Shown: positions 1-8,900, numbered from the stretch's first letter. The stretch is DNA of 21,607 bases from Candidatus Thorarchaeota archaeon (GCA_016839445.1 JAEOUG010000105.1:1-21607), one strand, 5' to 3'. Notes: generated by a model from the letters alone, not told the origin. Translations and numbers: made by a program.

Positions 1-624
1 CTCCTTCATGCGCTCCTTCTCTGGGTTCATAGGTCCGGGCTTCCAGCCGTCGGCGGGTTCGAACCACCAGTCGGTGACCGTTCCCTGCCGTTCCTCGGCG
101 GGCTTCCAGGCCACCTTCACAGGCATGCCGAACTCAGCATCCCATGGGTCCAAGCCTCGAAGCTCGTTTGCGATGGCCGTCTTACAGCCGTCTACAATGA
201 CGTAGGCCAGCACAAATGGAAGTCTCTTCAGTGAGGACTTGCCAGACCAACCCGCAATCGTGAAGGTATGCACGATACCCTCCTGCTTGAGCTCAACCCA
301 GTCAGTCTTCTCAAGATTGTCGTCAAGATTCCAGCAGTTCACTCTGGGCGGGAAGAACTTGTCACCGCACTTGGGACACTTGGTGCCCCAGAACTCGCCG
401 TCCACGAAGCCCTTGCCGAGCTTAGAGACCTCTGCGTACTTCCAGTAGTAGAGCTGGTCGTAGTGCAGGTAGACCTTGAACTGCTCCTCTTCCGAGTCCC
501 AGTCATAACCCATGAATCCGATGCCGGTCTCCTCGACGCCGCCGCGGAACTTGTCGGACTTCTTGACGTCCCATTTCACGGCATTGTGGTCGGGGATCTT
601 GTGCATTCTCTTGTCCTTCGCCAT
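1..624 (-). CDS. DUF35-family Zn-ribbon/OB-fold protein, partner of the thiolase-like protein (3' end truncated by window)
   Basis: Not in the ORF track. Manual translation from ATG at 624 gives MAKDKRMHKIPDHNAVKWD...FWGTKCPKCGDKFFPPRVNCW...EGIVHTFTI...LPFVLAYVIVDG...EFGMPVKVAWK..., open to base 1. It has typical DUF35 motifs (GxKCxxCG..PPR..C, GxVxTFT, GMPVxV), starts 2 nt after the thiolase stop, and has an SD-like GAGGAGG upstream. Confidence 0.9.
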   Translation of the reverse strand, partial: MAKDKRMHKIPDHNAVKWDVKKSDKFRGGVEETGIGFMGYDWDSEEEQFKVYLHYDQLYYWKYAEVSKLGKGFVDGEFWGTKCPKCGDKFFPPRVNCWNLDDNLEKTDWVELKQEGIVHTFTIAGWSGKSSLKRLPFVLAYVIVDGCKTAIANELRGLDPWDAEFGMPVKVAWKPAEERQGTVTDWWFEPADGWKPGPMNPEKERMKE

Positions 625-626
625 CT

Positions 627-1904
627 CTATGGCCTCCTCAACACGAAGTTGCTGATACTAGTACCAGTGCCAGCGTGGCTGTTGACAAGACCAGTGTCAG
701 CGTCCTTGACGTAGGTCTTGGAACTCAGGTGCTTCTTGGGCGCGGAGTCATTGAGGTGCATCATGCACTCAAGAGCGCTCATGATACCAGTGGCTCCAAC
801 TGGATGGCCATATCCCATAAGACCACCACCAACATTGGTTGGAACCTCCCCATCAAGGAAGGTCTGCTTCTCGCGGACGAACTCCTTGACGTTCTCGGTG
901 GTGCACCAGTGAAGGGCCTTGTAGATCTGCACCTCAGAGGAGCTGAAGGCGTCGTGAATCTCGGCCACGTCAATCTCCTTAGCGGCGTTCTTGTACTCAA
1001 TGCCAGCCATGTCATAAGCATCCTCACCGGACTTGCGGCAGGCTCCGAATTCGGTCATGTCAGGATAGCCCTTGCCATAGAGCTCGTTCCACCCAGGGAA
1101 GTCGATACGGTCCCCAGCACGGATGGTACAACTGCTCAGGCCAGCACCGGCAATCTCAACATAGTTGTCAGGAGCATGTTTCTTGGCCCATTCCTCGCTG
1201 GTGACGAGGGCAAAGGCACCACCGCGGCTCATCAGACAGCAGTCCAGCCTCTTGAGGGGATAGCTGATCAGACGGCTCTCCATGACATCATCCACAGTGA
1301 GGGTCTTCTTGTAGTAGGGCGACTTAGGATTGGTGTAGTCACTCCGATACCACTGCGACTTCTCATTGTCAGCCGCGTAGTTCCTGTTCTTCATGGCAGC
1401 AAGAGCGAAGTCTTCCTCAGTCAGGCCGTTCTCTTTCATGAACTTGTAGGCCATCGCGGCATAGTAGATTGGATAGATGCCGCCGGCCAGGGCCTCATAC
1501 CTCGTGTCAGAGGCCAGGGCGATGAACTCGCTGCCCTGCGACTGGGTCACGTTGTCCATGGTCTCCCAGCCATAAACTCCGACCACATCAAAGAGGCCTG
1601 ATTTCACGGCCATGAAGGCTCCGTAGAGGGCAGACCCGCCTGTATTTCCTCCATTTTCAATACGCACGTGGGGTAGCCCGACTAACCCAAGGTGATCGTG
1701 AACGACCCACTCAGGGCAGAGTTGCTTGCCGAAGTGTACTGAGAAGTGTGAATACACCATAAACTGCAGGTCCCTGAGTGAGAAGTCGGGGATGTCCTGC
1801 TGGGTCTCCACAATACAGTTCGCAGCCATTGCCTCTGGTGTTATATGCATGGGATAGTCGAAGGGCGTAGCAGAACCACCTGCGATGCACACTTTTCGAC
1901 TCAT
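627..1904 (-). CDS. Thiolase-family (SCP-x/Ltp2-like) protein lacking the nucleophilic Cys
   Basis: 425 aa. Contains EIHDAF (SCP2-thiolase-type HDxF motif), GGGL..GHPVGATG and PLKRLDCC. The usual ENACASG motif reads ENGGNTG. Directly upstream of a DUF35 gene. Confidence 0.9.
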   Translation of the reverse strand: MSRKVCIAGGSATPFDYPMHITPEAMAANCIVETQQDIPDFSLRDLQFMVYSHFSVHFGKQLCPEWVVHDHLGLVGLPHVRIENGGNTGGSALYGAFMAVKSGLFDVVGVYGWETMDNVTQSQGSEFIALASDTRYEALAGGIYPIYYAAMAYKFMKENGLTEEDFALAAMKNRNYAADNEKSQWYRSDYTNPKSPYYKKTLTVDDVMESRLISYPLKRLDCCLMSRGGAFALVTSEEWAKKHAPDNYVEIAGAGLSSCTIRAGDRIDFPGWNELYGKGYPDMTEFGACRKSGEDAYDMAGIEYKNAAKEIDVAEIHDAFSSSEVQIYKALHWCTTENVKEFVREKQTFLDGEVPTNVGGGLMGYGHPVGATGIMSALECMMHLNDSAPKKHLSSKTYVKDADTGLVNSHAGTGTSISNFVLRRP

Positions 1905-2068
1905 GTTATATCACTGAATCCGTTTCTTACGCCGGCGAGGGGCCGACGGTAATGAGGCCACACCAAAATCGCAGGTACTTAACAGCTTCGGACGGCGGAA
2001 GGTGGAACCAAGCAGCACTCGGAATCCTTTTGTTGGCGTGTTATGCTCAGATGTTTGATGAGGGCGGC

Positions 2069-3763
2069 ATGACCATCACGCTCACCTATACAAAGGATGA
2101 CGGGACTCAGGAGCAGATTGACTTAGAGGAGAGTGTGACTGTTGTCGACCTCCATTATAGGAACATCTGTGCTGTGGACCTGGCCCCTCTTTCCAGTTGT
2201 GAATCCCTAGAGCAACTCCATCTAACTGGCAACCGGCTCCAGAGTATCGACCTGACCTCCCTCTCTGATTGCACCGCCTTGCGGTTACTCGGGCTGGATC
2301 GCAACCAGCTGCAGCGCATCGACCTGACCCCCCTCTCAGCCTGTACGCCGCTATTTCACCTCTCGATAAGAGACAACCAGCTCCAGAGCATTGATCTGAC
2401 TCCACTCGCCGGCTGCACCGACCTGAGAGACCTCCGGCTGGATCACAACCAGCTCCAGAGCATCGACCTGACCCCTCTCGCTTCCTGTACAGCCCTGCAA
2501 GAACTCCCGCTAGGACGCAACCAGCTCCAAAGCATTGACTTGCACCCCCTCTCGGGTTGGGCATCTCTGTGGTCTATCGATCTGCATGGCAACCAGCTCC
2601 AGAGCATTGACCTGACCCCCCTCTCCGCCTCTGCCGCCCTGACGCACCTCATGCTGGGTGGCAACCAGTTCAAGAGCATTGACCTGACCCCCCTCTCTTC
2701 CTGTGTCGCGTTGACGTCAATCGCGCTGGATGGCAACCAGCTCCAGAGCATCGACCTGACTCATCTCTCCACTTGTTCCACGTTGACCTCCCTCAGTCTT
2801 AATAGCAACCAGCTGCAGCACATTGACCTGACCCCCCTCTCAGCCTGTACTGCACTGGAGTACCTCGGGATAAGAAGCAACCAGCTCCAGAGCATTGACC
2901 TGGCCCCACTCTCAAGCTGTGCTGTCCTGAAGGCACTCTGGCTGGAGGGTAACCAAATCCAGTCTATCGACTTGAGCCCGCTCTCTACCTCTACCGCCCT
3001 GCATAAACTCGAGATGGAAGGTAACGAACATCTAGTAGCTTGGATTCCGCTTCCGCGCACAGTGACACGTCTTGTGTCCAAGATTGTGCAATACCAGCGA
3101 CCGATGCCTCTGACCTATCCCTGGTCCTTCCTCCACCGAGTAATGATGGAACACGGAAGCGACTGGCGGATACAGCAGGACATCCTTATGGCCATGGGTC
3201 TGGGCGACTACGGGTTCATTGATGCAGACGTCCAAAGCCTGCTGTCATCCATTCCTCAGGAGACCACTCTTGAGTGTGCCTGTGAGAGAGTCATTCCAGA
3301 ACTACTGGAGATCATCAGGAGCAGTGTGGAACGCGGAGGTCCGACAACTGGATTGAACCTCGAGAAGATTGCTCTGAAGCACGGAGAGATTGCGGCTATC
3401 GCTCCAGCAGTAATCGAAGCCAGACATCAGGAGCTTGAAGCAGTACGAGTGGGTTGGAGAGAGTCGGCTGTAGACCTGAGGGAACTGGCAGTGACAGCCT
3501 ATGGATACGATTTGATGAGTAGCCAGGAGATTAGGAGATTGACAGGGGACACGATAAGAGAATACCAACCACTTCTCACCCAAGTGGACTTCCTGAAGGA
3601 GCTTGGCCACGAAGTCAAGTTTTCCGAGGAGCCAGTACCGGGTGTTCAGATGAGTGACGAACTGAAGAAGGCCATCTGGTTCATACTCGAGAATCAGGGA
3701 GAAACCAGGGGGTCAGAGAAATCCGCGAGGACCAGCGGTCCCCAAAATCCTCCTTACCCTTGA
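2069..3763 (+). CDS. Leucine-rich repeat protein (12 x 24-aa LRR) with an uncharacterised C-terminal domain
   Basis: Repeat unit NQLQSIDLTPLSxCxxLxxLxLxx. The ORF track starts at 1952, but ATG 2069 (MTITLTY...) looks the more likely start. No signal peptide from that start. Confidence 0.9.
   Translation: MTITLTYTKDDGTQEQIDLEESVTVVDLHYRNICAVDLAPLSSCESLEQLHLTGNRLQSIDLTSLSDCTALRLLGLDRNQLQRIDLTPLSACTPLFHLSIRDNQLQSIDLTPLAGCTDLRDLRLDHNQLQSIDLTPLASCTALQELPLGRNQLQSIDLHPLSGWASLWSIDLHGNQLQSIDLTPLSASAALTHLMLGGNQFKSIDLTPLSSCVALTSIALDGNQLQSIDLTHLSTCSTLTSLSLNSNQLQHIDLTPLSACTALEYLGIRSNQLQSIDLAPLSSCAVLKALWLEGNQIQSIDLSPLSTSTALHKLEMEGNEHLVAWIPLPRTVTRLVSKIVQYQRPMPLTYPWSFLHRVMMEHGSDWRIQQDILMAMGLGDYGFIDADVQSLLSSIPQETTLECACERVIPELLEIIRSSVERGGPTTGLNLEKIALKHGEIAAIAPAVIEARHQELEAVRVGWRESAVDLRELAVTAYGYDLMSSQEIRRLTGDTIREYQPLLTQVDFLKELGHEVKFSEEPVPGVQMSDELKKAIWFILENQGETRGSEKSARTSGPQNPPYP
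2159..3025 (+). repeat. 72-bp-period intragenic tandem repeat encoding the LRR units
   Basis: Block aaccagctccagagcat(c/t)gacctgaccccyctctc recurs, with small variations, at 2231, 2303, 2375, 2447, 2519, 2591, 2663, 2735, 2807, 2879 and 2951. Each copy is followed by about 36 variable nt. Confidence 0.95.
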
Positions 3764-3827
3764 CTGTCCAAGAACACTCGGGTGCGGCTCACGCGCAAGA
3801 CGCCACATAATGAGCAATTCGCTGAGC

Positions 3828-4232
3828 TCATGAGCGCTTCGAAGAGGCCCGTTGCTCATTCTGTGCAATCCTAGTCCTGACAATCTTCTCCACAAGCCCC
3901 TCCGGTATAGGATTCTCCGGAGAGAAGTGAATGGTCGTTCCAGATATGTGATACGCCTGGAGTTCCGCGGTGAACTGAGTGAGGATAGACTTGTCCACCA
4001 CGTAGAAGCTGAGGTGGCTCTCAAAAGCGGCGAAGTGGACTAGCGCTCCATGATGCTTGTACGTCGGGATCTGATAGCTGATGAATTCTTCAGCCTGCGG
4101 CGCAGCCGCTCTAATGGCATTCCGCACACGTTGAAGAGTGGCCTGCGCGTCTTTGGGAAGTCGAGCTAGATACTCATCCACCGACTTGGCGGGCGTTGAG
4201 TCGCTCCTCTTCGCGGCGGGTTTTCTTGACAT
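3828..4232 (-). CDS. DUF1801 / YdhG-like protein
   Basis: SVDEYLARLP..QATLQRVRNAIRAAAPQAEEFISYQIPTY..LVHFAAFESHLSFY..GTTIHF..PIP..LVEKIVRTRI matches the family pattern. Start chosen at MSRKPAAK (4232) rather than 4319. Confidence 0.85.
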   Translation of the reverse strand: MSRKPAAKRSDSTPAKSVDEYLARLPKDAQATLQRVRNAIRAAAPQAEEFISYQIPTYKHHGALVHFAAFESHLSFYVVDKSILTQFTAELQAYHISGTTIHFSPENPIPEGLVEKIVRTRIAQNEQRASSKRS

Positions 4233-4384
4233 GAATCTGCCCTTCCCATACCATCGTATTAGAGCTTGCCTAGAGGGAATAATGACGACGAGCAAGAACG
4301 CATGCGAAAATTGCGCCACTGGGCATGACTGTGAATCTCAGAACGCTTAATAGACATGGCGGTGAGCACCCACAGGGGTTGTTA

Positions 4385-6457
4385 ATGAGGAAGAGGTTTC
4401 CTTTGTTACTTCTGCTATTGCTAGTCAGCTCGTCAGCCATCCTCCAGAACGACTGGCCTGTTGGAGAACAGGATCGCGGGATGGGACGGTCAGATCAGTT
4501 CTCCTCAATCTCTCAGGAGAATCCTGCAGTAAGGCCAATCGCCAACTGGACCCACGGCATCTGCGATGCAGTGTGCGTACAAGGCAGTCTGGCCTTTATT
4601 GGTGATGGATTCCACGTAACGATTCTTGACATCACAGACAAGTCAGCCCCCCTTGAACTGTCCACGATTTGGCTCGGCGGGCTAATCGGGGGTCTGAGAG
4701 TTTCCGGAGACCATCTCTATGCCGCGGCTGTGGGCACCTTCTGGGTGGTAGACATCTCAGACCCGTACCATCCCGTGAAGCACGGAAGCCTGGAACTGGG
4801 AAGCTGGATACGGAGCATGAGGCTAGAGGGAGGTCTGCTATATCTGGCTCAGGCTAATGGGCAGCTGAGAATAGTGAATGCCAGTGATAGCTACAGCCCG
4901 GAAGTGGTGGGAATCTACACAGGAACCACCGATTTCCGTGACGTCAGCGTGTTGAATGGTTGTGCTTACATTGCCGCTAGATGGGGAGGGCTTGTGGTCG
5001 TGAATGTGACAGAGCCATCAAGTCCATCGCACGTGGCAACCGTCCCTGATGAGCAGATTGGCGTGATCTCGGGCGTGTGTAAGTCGGGACCACATATACT
5101 GACAACAGGATCGGGAAACATCAGCGTCCTGAATGTGAGTGTCCCCTCCAATCCTGTCATTTTGAATACCACTGAGCACTCGGCGACAAGCATTCTAGCA
5201 GAGGGGGAACTCGTCTTCGCTTTTGGGTGGGTAGAACTGCTCATCATGAATATCTCTAATCCGTTGAGTCCAGACCATGTGGCGAGCATCAGCAGCTACG
5301 CGCAGACCGACTCCTGGAATCCCTTCGTCCTGAATGGCCATGCATATGTAGCGACCTACAGCCACGGGCTCGCAATTCTCGACGCGACAGAACCAGAAGA
5401 CGCCTACTTCGTGGGAGAGTATGCGACTCCATACAGTGCCTGGGGCTTCCAGGTGGCTAACGATCACATCTTCGCAAACGAGTGGATTCGTGGTATGTAC
5501 ATCTTAGATCTGGCAGACCTCAGTCCACTTGATGTGTCAGCAACCCTAGACACGTACGGTGCAAACAGCCTCGTTGTCAAGGACAACATTCTGTATGCGG
5601 ACAATCGTGGAAAACTGTCGATTTACGATGTCACTGACCCACTCAGCCCTCAATGGCTGGGCAACTACGACCCAGAGGAATACCTTGAGATCTGGGCAAT
5701 CGAGGTAGTGGCAAACAGGGCCTATCTCATCGACAGGAACCTTGGTCTGATAGTGGTAGATGTGTCAAATCCCCAGAACCCACGGTTCCTAGCCAGCTAT
5801 TCGATGTTGGTTGACAACGACCCTGATGTATGCGTGTCAGGAGGCAAGATCTATGTGGTGGACGGAGACTATGCAGAGAAGAACGTCTTGGTCCTCGAGC
5901 TGACTCCGTCTGGGGTTCAGAAGCTCGGCAACTACTCACTCTGGCCCTGGGAACATGTCCATGCTCTGGAGCATTACAAGGGATATCTCTTCGTAGGGTC
6001 GAGTTCGCGGCTGAGTGTTCTGGACACGAGTGACCCTTCGAGTCTCGAAGAGGTTACGACATTCTCCATCGGAATAGACGCAATGGAGTTGGCGAACGAC
6101 CTCGCATACATAGGAGGCGGGCATCAAGGCGTCTTCCTGCTGAATATGTCTGACCCAAGCAATCCAGTACATCTGGGGAATCACTCCAGCCACGGTGATA
6201 CAGTGGGAGTGCTGTTTCACGAAGGCATGATAATCACCGCTGAATACGAAGGAGGAATCTGGATCTATGAGCACGACTACGACAGCGACGGAGTCTACTC
6301 AGTAGAGGAGTACTTGGCTGGCGAGTTTCCTGTTGAGACTGAAGGAGCGGGAGTCGGTTCTCAGCCCTTTGATGTTCTGATTGTCCTCGTGATTGCTCCG
6401 ATTGTCGTCCTGCCTTTGGCCTTCCTGGGATACAGGAGGAAACGAGGGGTCACGTGA
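4385..6457 (+). CDS. LVIVD-repeat (beta-propeller) membrane-anchored surface protein
   Basis: Signal peptide MRKRFPLLLLLLLVSSSA; many GLxVVD(I/V)SxPxxP repeats; DYDSDG Ca-binding-like motif; C-terminal TM helix followed by YRRKR; about 10 N-x-S/T sequons. Confidence 0.88.
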   Translation: MRKRFPLLLLLLLVSSSAILQNDWPVGEQDRGMGRSDQFSSISQENPAVRPIANWTHGICDAVCVQGSLAFIGDGFHVTILDITDKSAPLELSTIWLGGLIGGLRVSGDHLYAAAVGTFWVVDISDPYHPVKHGSLELGSWIRSMRLEGGLLYLAQANGQLRIVNASDSYSPEVVGIYTGTTDFRDVSVLNGCAYIAARWGGLVVVNVTEPSSPSHVATVPDEQIGVISGVCKSGPHILTTGSGNISVLNVSVPSNPVILNTTEHSATSILAEGELVFAFGWVELLIMNISNPLSPDHVASISSYAQTDSWNPFVLNGHAYVATYSHGLAILDATEPEDAYFVGEYATPYSAWGFQVANDHIFANEWIRGMYILDLADLSPLDVSATLDTYGANSLVVKDNILYADNRGKLSIYDVTDPLSPQWLGNYDPEEYLEIWAIEVVANRAYLIDRNLGLIVVDVSNPQNPRFLASYSMLVDNDPDVCVSGGKIYVVDGDYAEKNVLVLELTPSGVQKLGNYSLWPWEHVHALEHYKGYLFVGSSSRLSVLDTSDPSSLEEVTTFSIGIDAMELANDLAYIGGGHQGVFLLNMSDPSNPVHLGNHSSHGDTVGVLFHEGMIITAEYEGGIWIYEHDYDSDGVYSVEEYLAGEFPVETEGAGVGSQPFDVLIVLVIAPIVVLPLAFLGYRRKRGVT

Positions 6458-6484
6458 GTTCCGAAGTAGTAGGCCGGCGGAGCG

Positions 6485-7348
6485 CTAACCTAGAACCTCA
6501 TCCCTAATAGCATCATCAAGAGCAGACGCCATGTTTGGACTTATCTCAATGGCTGACCGATAGGCCTGGATCGCTGCGTCTCTGTTGCCAAGAGCCAGCT
6601 GGCACTCTGCAAGGGTCTCGAAGAAGTCAACGTAGAGGCGGTCCTTCTTATCTTTCAGGAACGACTCCAGCTCCACGACTGCAGACTGCTTCTCCTGTCC
6701 CTCTGCTTCCGAGGCAACCCTTGAGAGTTCCCACCCTCTTAGGAGGTTCCTTCTGATAGCCAGCAATCTCCCTATTTCGCGAACTGGCTCTGCGTGCTCC
6801 TCGACGTTGAAGTCAGTGGTCACGTTGGTCAGCGAGTTCTTCCGATCCCGTTCGACATAGACCCTGGCGCTTATCTTGCCACGCATATCCCCGCCAGCAT
6901 CGTCACCGGCCTTCAGTGCCGCGTAGAGCCGGTCAGCCAGAGGCCCGGTGCTGTTCTCAAAGGCCTCAGCCATGCTAGATATGACAGCTTCTCCGACAAG
7001 TATGTTGCCCTGACACGAGTAGTCACGTCCAGTTCGCTGATACGCAGAAAACACCTTCGCACCAGTAAAGGCAAGTGCTCCCTTCTCGAAGGCAACCATG
7101 CCGACCTGACGATTCTCTATCCCGTTGTCCATTGCACGGAAGTGCTCTAGTATCTCCTTCAGATCCCAGTCTTCTTCGAGTTTCTCATAGAATGCAGGGA
7201 TGAAGTCTAGGTTGCCCTGGGCCTGGGAGACAATAGCGCCTGCTCCCATCCTTGCGAAGCCAACCTGTCCTGCGTTCCAGAAGCAGGAGGAGATGGCGAA
7301 TCCTACCTCGCCTCGTTCACTATCAATGGCCACAATCGAGAATGTCAT
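6485..7348 (-). CDS. DUF1028 family Ntn-hydrolase-like protein with C-terminal TPR
   Basis: N-terminal MTFSIVA, plus RQVGMV, QGNILVG and AGDDAGGDMRG..SA motifs. C-terminal LAECQLALGNRDAAIQAYRSAIEISP is TPR-like. Confidence 0.88.
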   Translation of the reverse strand: MTFSIVAIDSERGEVGFAISSCFWNAGQVGFARMGAGAIVSQAQGNLDFIPAFYEKLEEDWDLKEILEHFRAMDNGIENRQVGMVAFEKGALAFTGAKVFSAYQRTGRDYSCQGNILVGEAVISSMAEAFENSTGPLADRLYAALKAGDDAGGDMRGKISARVYVERDRKNSLTNVTTDFNVEEHAEPVREIGRLLAIRRNLLRGWELSRVASEAEGQEKQSAVVELESFLKDKKDRLYVDFFETLAECQLALGNRDAAIQAYRSAIEISPNMASALDDAIRDEVLG

Positions 7349-7511
7349 GGATAATCAGCTGCGCGGCCGGAGAGGGCCATATAAGAGTATACCATTAGAA
7401 GCAATTGACGAGAACAGGGACCAAACGGAGCTCAGAAGCTTCAGTCGGGTCATGGGAAGTGTTTTCTGTGAACCGGCAATTCGGAGTAGTGCTCGCAGAG
7501 GATGGATTAGC

Positions 7512-8900
7512 ATGAACACTCGAATGGCAGCAGTCGGAGCTGGACTCATCATCCTGATGGTCCTGACTGGAGTCTTCCTGATTCTAGGGATGCAGACACC
7601 ACAGGATGACGTGGAACCTGAGGACACCGAGCCACCCTTGATTACACGAACCAGTCCCGACAATGGATCAATCCTGTTTGGCGCCGTCGCCCTGACGTTT
7701 GATGCGGAGGATGAGAATCGGATCATCAGACTCGAGATACACGTGGATGGAGAGATCAGATCTGCGGGCCAAGCATACAATTGGAACACAATCAACGTTG
7801 ATGACGGACCCCACAACATAACCTTCCGTGCAAGGGATGAATCACTGAACTGGGGAGAGGTCAATGTATTCTTCAATGTCAACAACACACAGACTCCGGA
7901 GTACGACTTCGATAACACATTCAAGATCATGGCCTACAATATCGAGGAGTCTGGTATTGACCCAGACTGGAAGGAAGTCGTCAAGGAAGAGAACCCAGAC
8001 ATCCTAGTGCTGGTCGAGACCGGTCACCTCGAAGACGACGGATACATGCTGTTCCATGAGGCAGTGCAGGAGTTCAATGACTACTTCGTTGACGAGCAAC
8101 CATACTACGGTCTCTGCGCGCTTGACATCTACTACTCCACTAGCGGAGAGGCCATTCTCAGTCGCTTCCCGATTGTCAAGTTCAAGCAGATTCCTGTGGT
8201 CACACTTGACGACGACGATGACTACGATGTCACTCATGACTTCGTTGAGGCAGTCATAGACATCAATGGAACACAGGTACACTTCATCGGAGCACACCTT
8301 AAGGCAGGCGGGGGCGCAGACAATCAGCTCCGGCGAGACTACGAGAACGAAGGTATCATCAATTACATGGATGATCTCGGAGATGTGCCCATAGTCTATT
8401 TGGGTGATATGAACTCATACTCGCCGCAGGACAACATCACCAACGACGAGGGCTTAGGATTTGGGCCACTGACTATGCTTGTGGACCCTGAAGACCCCAC
8501 ATACGGGCAATACTCCTCAACAGTCCACAACTTCACTGATGTATATCGTGCGATAAATCCGGATGAGGTGGGGTACACCTACGGTCACCAATATGAGCCG
8601 CTCCTTGGGAGGATTGACTACATCATAGTCAACGATTTCTTCACTGACAGGCTTGTCAACTCCACGGTGGGAGACACCGCTCATGCCGACACTGGGTCTG
8701 ACCACTACTGTGTGGACCTCTTCTTATCATGGAATGGAACCGGGGCTGTAGAAATCACGCCCCCGTTCGTTACACCCGAAGTTGCCTCAACTCAGGCACC
8801 TGGCCCTCTGAGTGTCCCTAGAGCTGGAGAAGCCACGATACTGTGGTCATCTCATGCCGTTCTTGATGTGGAAGTCAAGGCAACCCCTAAGCGAGAATAG
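7512..8900 (+). CDS. Membrane-anchored or exported Ig-like domain + endonuclease/exonuclease/phosphatase (EEP, DNase I-like) protein
   Basis: N-terminal TM segment from ATG 7512; Ig-like segment (DTEPPLITRTSPDNG...DGPHNITFRARD); EEP motifs MAYNIE, PDILVLVE, AHL, GDMNS, RIDYI and SDHY. Confidence 0.88.
   Translation: MNTRMAAVGAGLIILMVLTGVFLILGMQTPQDDVEPEDTEPPLITRTSPDNGSILFGAVALTFDAEDENRIIRLEIHVDGEIRSAGQAYNWNTINVDDGPHNITFRARDESLNWGEVNVFFNVNNTQTPEYDFDNTFKIMAYNIEESGIDPDWKEVVKEENPDILVLVETGHLEDDGYMLFHEAVQEFNDYFVDEQPYYGLCALDIYYSTSGEAILSRFPIVKFKQIPVVTLDDDDDYDVTHDFVEAVIDINGTQVHFIGAHLKAGGGADNQLRRDYENEGIINYMDDLGDVPIVYLGDMNSYSPQDNITNDEGLGFGPLTMLVDPEDPTYGQYSSTVHNFTDVYRAINPDEVGYTYGHQYEPLLGRIDYIIVNDFFTDRLVNSTVGDTAHADTGSDHYCVDLFLSWNGTGAVEITPPFVTPEVASTQAPGPLSVPRAGEATILWSSHAVLDVEVKATPKRE

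Noticed and set aside
268-1601. Long plus-strand ORFs 268..714 and 675..1601
   Set aside because: Antisense shadows of the DUF35 and thiolase genes with no recognisable motifs.
2231-2990. CRISPR-like pattern of ~36-nt repeats and ~36-nt variable spacers
   Set aside because: The period is exactly 72 nt and in frame, the repeats vary at codon third positions, the 'spacers' keep the LxxLxL pattern, and there are no cas genes. It is a coding LRR repeat.
7200-7511. ORF-track N-terminal extensions (also 1952-2068, 4233-4319, 17721-17840, 18919-19047)
   Set aside because: They overlap neighbouring genes or promoter-like DNA and precede better starts (signal peptide, SD or domain boundary).
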